From contig JBHYGA010000004.1 in NCBI GenBank assembly GCA_051859245.1, positions 800,001-864,000 of the forward strand: a stretch of 64,000 nt of DNA. Reading direction: 5' to 3'. Position numbers and translations under genes: made by a program. The notes beneath the pieces were generated by a model, which saw only the letters and a program-made list of their open reading frames with translations, had not been told where the DNA came from and did no database searches. This stretch comes from Gemmatimonadaceae bacterium (GTDB lineage Bacteria; Gemmatimonadota; Gemmatimonadetes; Gemmatimonadales; Gemmatimonadaceae). This document shows, piece after piece, positions 58,552-64,000 of the stretch (within the stretch, counting starts at the first letter, position 1; each line of letters starts with the position of its first letter).

Positions 58552-61500
58552 ATGACCCCTTCACTGATCGTCCCGCGTGGCGGCTTCGCCGCCCTCTCTG
58601 TTGTCGCGCTGCTCGGCGTATCATCGCTGCACGCGCAGGCACCGGCCGCCAAGCCGGTCACACTCCCGCTCAAGGCGGAGCGCAGTCACACGTTCACCAC
58701 GACCAAGGGTACGTGGCTGTCGCTTGATGTGTCGCCGGATGGCACGAAAATCGTCTTCGACCTGCTTGGCGATTTGTACACGCTGCCGATGGCCGGCGGA
58801 AAAGCCACGCGCATCACGAGCGGCATGGCGTACGATGTGCAGCCGCGTTTCTCGCCCGATGGATCGCGCATTGTGTTTGTGAGCGATCGATCGGGTGGAG
58901 ACAACGTGTGGCACATGAAAGCCGACGGCACCGACACCGTGCAACTCACCACGGGCAACAACAACCTGTATGTGTCACCGGAGTTCACCCCCGATGGCAA
59001 ATACATTGTGGCATCTAAGTCCGGCGGACTCGGCGGCGTTGGTAAACTGTGGATGTATCACGTGGATGGCGGCAGCGGACTCCCCGTCACGACCGAACCG
59101 GCCGCACCGCCAACGCTCAAAATGATGGGTGCCGCGTTTGGTAAAGATCCGCGCTTCATGTGGTTTGCGGCGCGAACCGGCGACTGGCAGTACAACGCGC
59201 TCGGCCCACAGTATCAGTTGCATGTGTGGGACAAGGAAACGGGACGCACATCGCAGATGAGTACGCGCTTCGGTTCGGGTTTCCGTCCGGCGCTCTCTCC
59301 GGATGGTACCTATCTCGTGTACGGAACGCGTTTTGAAACGAAAACGGGATTGCGCATTCGCAATCTCGACACGCAGGCCGAAGAGTGGCTCGCGTTTCCC
59401 GTGCAGCGTGATGACATGGAATCGCGCGCCCCACTGGATGCGTATCCGGGCTATTCCTTCACTCCCGATTCCCGCGCTGTTGTCGTGTCATACGGCGGTG
59501 AAATCTGGCGTGTACCGGTCGACAAGTCGGCGCCCGTCAAGATTCCGTTTGAAGCGGAAGTCAAGCTTGAAATGGGTCCCGAAGTGAACTTCAAGTATGC
59601 GATCGATACGTCGGCAACATTCACATCGCGCCAGATCCGCGACATCGCGCCGTCTCCCGATGGCAAACAGCTCGCGTTCGTCTCGCTCGATCGTGTGTAT
59701 GTGGTGGACCTTCCGAGCGGCACACCAACGCGCGTCTCGCGCGATACCGTTGGTGAGTTCAATCCATCGTGGTCGCCCGACGGTCAGAGCATCGCGTACG
59801 TGACATGGCACGACGCAACGGGTGGTTCAATTCGCAAAGCGGCGCGTAACGCGCGCTCGAATGCGTGGTCGGTGACCACGTTGACGTCTGGCGCGTTGTT
59901 CAATGACGTGGCGTGGTCCCCCAAAGGTGATCGGATTGCGGCCGTGCGCGCGGCTGCACGCGAAATGCAGGAAGCCGGCGGCGCATTCTTTGGTCCGGCG
60001 GCAGCGGAGTTCGTGTGGGTGCCTGCGGCCGGTGGCAGTGTCACGCGCATCATGCCTACGGGTGGTCTCGGCAATCCGCACTTCACGAAAGATGCTGAGC
60101 GAATTTTTGCGTACGGCGACGGCTTGCAGTCGTTCCGCTGGGACGGCACCGATCTCAAAGTGCATTTGCGTGTGACGGGTCCGTTGCCGCCAGGCGCAGG
60201 CGGCGCGATCGGACTTGATGCGGATCTGGTGGCGCGTGCGGCGCAGCAGTGGATTGGTGGACGTGGTGCACGTCCGATTGATTTCGAAGGCACACGCAGC
60301 TTTGGCATGTTCGCGCCAACACATCTGGATGACAACGAACCGGCACCACCGCGTCCGCGTCCGGCAGGATTGGTAATGATGGCGCCAGATGGGGATCAGG
60401 CGCTGGCCATGGTGGGCATGGATTTGTACACCGTGACGGTGCCCGTTGCAGGAAGCACGCCGCCAACGGTGTCCGTGATTTCACCCGCGACCGCCGCCGT
60501 GCCGGTGCGCAAGTTGAATACGGTGGGTGGCGAGTTTCCCGCGTGGAGTGCCGACGGCAAGAAGGTGATGTGGTCGCTTGGCAATGCGATGTGGACGTAC
60601 GATCTCGATCGCGCGAAGGTTGTTGACGATTCGCTCAAGGTTGACGCGCGTCGTGTTGCCATGCTGCGCGCTGACTCCACCAAGAAGGACAGCATCGCGC
60701 GCTCTGATTCCATCGCCAAGGCGGACACCACGAAGAAGGACAAGCCGGGATACAAGCCGGAAGAGCGGCGCATTGCGGTAACCGCCACGCGCGATCAACC
60801 GCGCGGCGTGCTGGTGTTGCGCGGCGCAAAGACGATCACCATGAAGGGCAATGAGATCATCAACAACGCCGACATTGTGATTCGTGATCGACACATTGTG
60901 GCCGTGGGTGCTCGCGGCACGGTGGCGATACCTGATGGCGCGGAGATCATGGACGTGTCCGGCAAAGTGATCATGCCCGGACTGGTTGATACGCATTACC
61001 ACCCGCAGTGGCTCACGCCGCAGATTCACAACACACAAACGTGGCAGTATCTCGCGACACTCGCGTACGGCACGACAACTACACGCGATCCGCAAACGGC
61101 AACGACTGACTTTTTGAGCTACAGCGATCAGGTGGAGTCAGGCGCAATGATCGGACCGCGCATTTACACCACGGGCCCTGGTGTCTTCAGTGCCGAACCG
61201 GTGCGTGATCTTGATCATGCGCGCGAAATCATGTCGCGCTACGCCAAGTACTACGACACCAAAACGCTCAAGATGTACATGAGTGGCAATCGTCAACAGC
61301 GGCAGTGGATCATCATGGCCGCGAAAGAGCTTGGCATCATGCCTACCACCGAGGGCGGTCTTGATCACAAGCTCAATCTCACGCACGGCATTGACGGGTA
61401 TCCGGGCATTGAACACACGCTGCCAATCACACCCAAGTTCGACGATGTGTATGCGTGGTACACGGCAACAAAAACGGTAAACTCACCTACGCTCGTGGTC

Positions 61501-62085
61501 GAATACGGCGGGCCATTTGGCGAAGGCTGGTTCTATCAGACCGAAGATCTGCTGAGCGACACCAAACTGCGTCGTTTCACACATCCTGTGGATTTTGACG
61601 GCAAAGTGCGGCGTCGCGGCACGGGCAACGCCCCTGGCCCGGCGGGCTTCGCTGTGAAAGAGGAATACGCCATGTGGCAGCACGCCGAAGATCTCGCCAA
61701 GACGGTCGCGGCAGGTGGCAAGATTGGCGTGGGCAGTCATGGCCAGCTGCAGGGGCTCGGCATGCACTGGGAACTGTGGTTGGTGCAGAGCGGCGGTATG
61801 CCGGAGCACGACGCGCTGAAGGCCGCCACGATTGTTGGTGCCGAAGCGATCGGTCTTGGTGCCAGCGTTGGCTCGCTGGAGCCCGGCAAGTTTGCGGACT
61901 TGCTCGTGCTTGATCGCGACCCGCTCACCAACATTCGCAATACGAATTCAATTCGTATGGTGATGGTGAACGGCCGGTTGTACGATGGCGATTCGCTCGA
62001 CGAGCTCTACCCGCGCAAGCGGTCACTTGTGCGCCAGCCGTGGGCGTACGAAGTACCGAAGGCCGCTGCCGGCATGCGGCAGTAG
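58552..62085 (+). CDS. secreted amidohydrolase with TolB-like (PD40) beta-propellers
   Basis: Repeated FSPDG/WSPDG; PGLVDTHYH; GSHGQLQG; GSLEPGKFADL. Confidence 0.9.
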   Translation: MTPSLIVPRGGFAALSVVALLGVSSLHAQAPAAKPVTLPLKAERSHTFTTTKGTWLSLDVSPDGTKIVFDLLGDLYTLPMAGGKATRITSGMAYDVQPRFSPDGSRIVFVSDRSGGDNVWHMKADGTDTVQLTTGNNNLYVSPEFTPDGKYIVASKSGGLGGVGKLWMYHVDGGSGLPVTTEPAAPPTLKMMGAAFGKDPRFMWFAARTGDWQYNALGPQYQLHVWDKETGRTSQMSTRFGSGFRPALSPDGTYLVYGTRFETKTGLRIRNLDTQAEEWLAFPVQRDDMESRAPLDAYPGYSFTPDSRAVVVSYGGEIWRVPVDKSAPVKIPFEAEVKLEMGPEVNFKYAIDTSATFTSRQIRDIAPSPDGKQLAFVSLDRVYVVDLPSGTPTRVSRDTVGEFNPSWSPDGQSIAYVTWHDATGGSIRKAARNARSNAWSVTTLTSGALFNDVAWSPKGDRIAAVRAAAREMQEAGGAFFGPAAAEFVWVPAAGGSVTRIMPTGGLGNPHFTKDAERIFAYGDGLQSFRWDGTDLKVHLRVTGPLPPGAGGAIGLDADLVARAAQQWIGGRGARPIDFEGTRSFGMFAPTHLDDNEPAPPRPRPAGLVMMAPDGDQALAMVGMDLYTVTVPVAGSTPPTVSVISPATAAVPVRKLNTVGGEFPAWSADGKKVMWSLGNAMWTYDLDRAKVVDDSLKVDARRVAMLRADSTKKDSIARSDSIAKADTTKKDKPGYKPEERRIAVTATRDQPRGVLVLRGAKTITMKGNEIINNADIVIRDRHIVAVGARGTVAIPDGAEIMDVSGKVIMPGLVDTHYHPQWLTPQIHNTQTWQYLATLAYGTTTTRDPQTATTDFLSYSDQVESGAMIGPRIYTTGPGVFSAEPVRDLDHAREIMSRYAKYYDTKTLKMYMSGNRQQRQWIIMAAKELGIMPTTEGGLDHKLNLTHGIDGYPGIEHTLPITPKFDDVYAWYTATKTVNSPTLVVEYGGPFGEGWFYQTEDLLSDTKLRRFTHPVDFDGKVRRRGTGNAPGPAGFAVKEEYAMWQHAEDLAKTVAAGGKIGVGSHGQLQGLGMHWELWLVQSGGMPEHDALKAATIVGAEAIGLGASVGSLEPGKFADLLVLDRDPLTNIRNTNSIRMVMVNGRLYDGDSLDELYPRKRSLVRQPWAYEVPKAAAGMRQ

Positions 62086-62098
62086 CGGCGGTGATCGG

Positions 62099-62335
62099 TT
62101 ATGTCGCTGCAGGTGGTTCGGAGTTCCGAATCGCCTGCAGCGCGCCCGACGGACACTGGCGCACCTGTTCGATGATGGCGTCGGCTGATGCGGCATCGGG
62201 ATCGATCCAGCGTTTGCGCGACACGTCAAACACGGCGGGCAGTCCACGAACGCACCGCGCCGAATGGGTGCACACCGTTGGATCAAAGGTGACGGTCACT
62301 CCCTCTGACGAATAACGCTGCAGTCGATCAGTCAC
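62099..62335 (-). CDS. YjdI-like divergent 4Fe-4S binding protein
   Basis: CTHSARCVRGLPAVF, QCPSGAL; GTG 62335 with GGAGG RBS. Confidence 0.85.
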   Translation of the reverse strand: MTDRLQRYSSEGVTVTFDPTVCTHSARCVRGLPAVFDVSRKRWIDPDAASADAIIEQVRQCPSGALQAIRNSEPPAAT

Positions 62336-62356
62336 GTCGCCTCCCAAATACACGTG

Positions 62357-62674
62357 TTAGCGTTGCACGAGCAGTTCGCGAATCTCTCTATTTCCCGGAC
62401 GTACCAGCCGGCCCAGCTCTTTCCCATCGCGCAGCAGCACGAACGTGGGCCACAGCTTCACGCCAAACGTTCGGCCCAGCGGCCGTCCGCTGCCATCTTC
62501 CACCTTGATGTGCGCGATCGGGTCTGTCGTGTCGAGCGCCGCAGCGAGGGCCGGTTGCACAGCCGCGCAAAACCCGCAGTCTGGCGCACCAAACTCCAGC
62601 AACGTCACGCCTGACGATGCATCGATCTCGGCGCGCGTTGGTTCCTGGGTCAGATACTCTTTGACGTAGTTCAT
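62357..62674 (-). CDS. thioredoxin family protein
   Basis: CGFC; GRPLGRTFGVKLWPT. Confidence 0.85.
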   Translation of the reverse strand: MNYVKEYLTQEPTRAEIDASSGVTLLEFGAPDCGFCAAVQPALAAALDTTDPIAHIKVEDGSGRPLGRTFGVKLWPTFVLLRDGKELGRLVRPGNREIRELLVQR

Positions 62675-62724
62675 CTCTGGAATTTAACCCGGGGACAGCG
62701 GTGCGTCGGCCAATCGCGTCAGGT

Positions 62725-63951
62725 TTAGTACGCGAGAAAGTAGCGCTGCAACTCTCTGGGATCGCGGGTTTTTGTAAGCGCCAGCATGAGCAGAATCCGC
62801 GCCTTTTGCGGTGTAAGATGTTGCGACACGACGTTCGGCGGACCCGCTCGTTCGGCGCGCGCGGCAGCGGCTGCGGCAGCGGCAGCAGCCGATGTGTCGG
62901 CACGGGCGGTATCCGCCACCAGCGAATCCGGTGGCGGGGCGTTCGGACGCGGCGCGCCATTGACATTGTCTCCTGAGGGGAATGCTGTCACCACCACGAC
63001 GCCTTTCTGCCGCAGATTTCGAAATGGCACACCTTCGTCGGGCGCAAAGCCGGTGGTGGCCACCACGACACCCGCTGGCAGGGTGTCAAATCGTGGTCCC
63101 GTGCCGCCGGGATACGAGAACAGCAGTTCTACGCGTGGTAGCGAGTCCACATTGGTGATATCGAACTCGCTGCGTGCACCGTGGCGACGCGCCGGCGTGT
63201 AGAAAAACTCCGGACCATTCGAGGCGACCACACCGAGCATTCCCATTTCACCCACCGTGAACCCGCCGACGCGCTGATATTGCTTGCGCACCTCACGGGC
63301 GGAGAGAATGCGGTCATCCATCACCACCATCACGCCTTTTCCAACCGCGTCCGGAGCGGCGGCGGTGCGCACAGCGGCAAGCAGGTTGATCGGTCCATCG
63401 GGACTGATCCCCGTTGCAGGGCGCTGCGATCCAACCACGACCACCGGTTTATCCGAACGCACCGCGAGATACAGAAAAAACGCCGTCTCTTCCAGACGAT
63501 CGGTGCCGTGCGTAACGACCACGCCAGAGATGTCTGGGCGCTCGCGAAACACGGTTTCGATACGACGCGCGAGGGCCAGCCACTGCGTGGGCGTGATGCG
63601 AGTGCTGGCGACGTTGGAAAACTGCTCCGCTTCGACACGCGCGTGTCGTGTGAGCTCGGGCACCGATGCGATCACTTGTTCAGCGGTCAGCGTGCCCGCG
63701 CGATATCCGCCCATGGTGCCGGGTGCACTTTGTACGCCCGCGATGGTGCCGCCGGTTGCGATCACGAGGACAGTGGGCCGAACGACGGAATCCTGCGTTA
63801 CGACTGTGCTCGTCGGTTCGTTCGATCGCGCGCTGGTCTGTGCGCCGAGCGTCGCGTGTGAGCCGAGCGATGCGGTCAGCCCCGCGAACAGCCCCATGTA
63901 CAGCACGATTGCTCCATTCGTCCCACGCACGCAGCAACTCCACCGGTTCAA
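62725..63951 (-). CDS. secreted L-asparaginase family protein (start uncertain, 63897-63951)
   Basis: ATGGTIAG, THGTD, SPDGPINL, PQKARILLMLAL. Confidence 0.88.
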   Translation of the reverse strand: MNRWSCCVRGTNGAIVLYMGLFAGLTASLGSHATLGAQTSARSNEPTSTVVTQDSVVRPTVLVIATGGTIAGVQSAPGTMGGYRAGTLTAEQVIASVPELTRHARVEAEQFSNVASTRITPTQWLALARRIETVFRERPDISGVVVTHGTDRLEETAFFLYLAVRSDKPVVVVGSQRPATGISPDGPINLLAAVRTAAAPDAVGKGVMVVMDDRILSAREVRKQYQRVGGFTVGEMGMLGVVASNGPEFFYTPARRHGARSEFDITNVDSLPRVELLFSYPGGTGPRFDTLPAGVVVATTGFAPDEGVPFRNLRQKGVVVVTAFPSGDNVNGAPRPNAPPPDSLVADTARADTSAAAAAAAAAARAERAGPPNVVSQHLTPQKARILLMLALTKTRDPRELQRYFLAY

Positions 63952-64000
63952 GGAAATGATTACCCGAGACGCTGCAACCTACTGCGAGCGACGCCAGCCC

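Noticed and set aside
62855..62945. Poly-Ala/Pro-rich stretch in the asparaginase
   Set aside because: Low-complexity linker; the catalytic motifs are intact

Overview
High-GC bacterial chromosome segment. The gene families and the many CarboxypepD_reg/plug-domain proteins suggest Gemmatimonadota (inference). All family assignments come from motif recognition and recall; no searches were run. Main contents: (i) ECF sigma/VOC and LytTR/LytS regulatory modules and tgt; (ii) a ~194-bp inverted-repeat (MITE/REP-like) element; (iii) five tandem paralogous secreted proteins with three CarboxypepD_reg-like domains and a TonB-receptor plug-like domain but no beta-barrel, all ending in WT(K/R)xGLRP; (iv) a DEAD-box helicase, a small protein/nucleotidyltransferase pair, and a ~4.4-kb variable islet holding decayed gene remnants, an HExxH lipoprotein split by one in-frame TGA and a membrane-anchored ECF sigma; (v) two convergent units of unknown membrane proteins that share an upstream (GGTGAT)x3-N19-CGATA motif; (vi) a SAM-II-like riboswitch plus terminator ahead of an ATP-grasp/flavin monooxygenase operon; (vii) fhs and the exonuclease-ligase-Lhr-PdeM DNA-repair operon; (viii) a six-gene Chloroflexus-type glyoxylate/propionyl-CoA assimilation cluster (smtA, smtB, mct, mcl, mch, divergent meh) of the 3-hydroxypropionate bi-cycle; (ix) assorted housekeeping enzymes. 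No rRNA, tRNA, CRISPR array or intact transposase was recognised.
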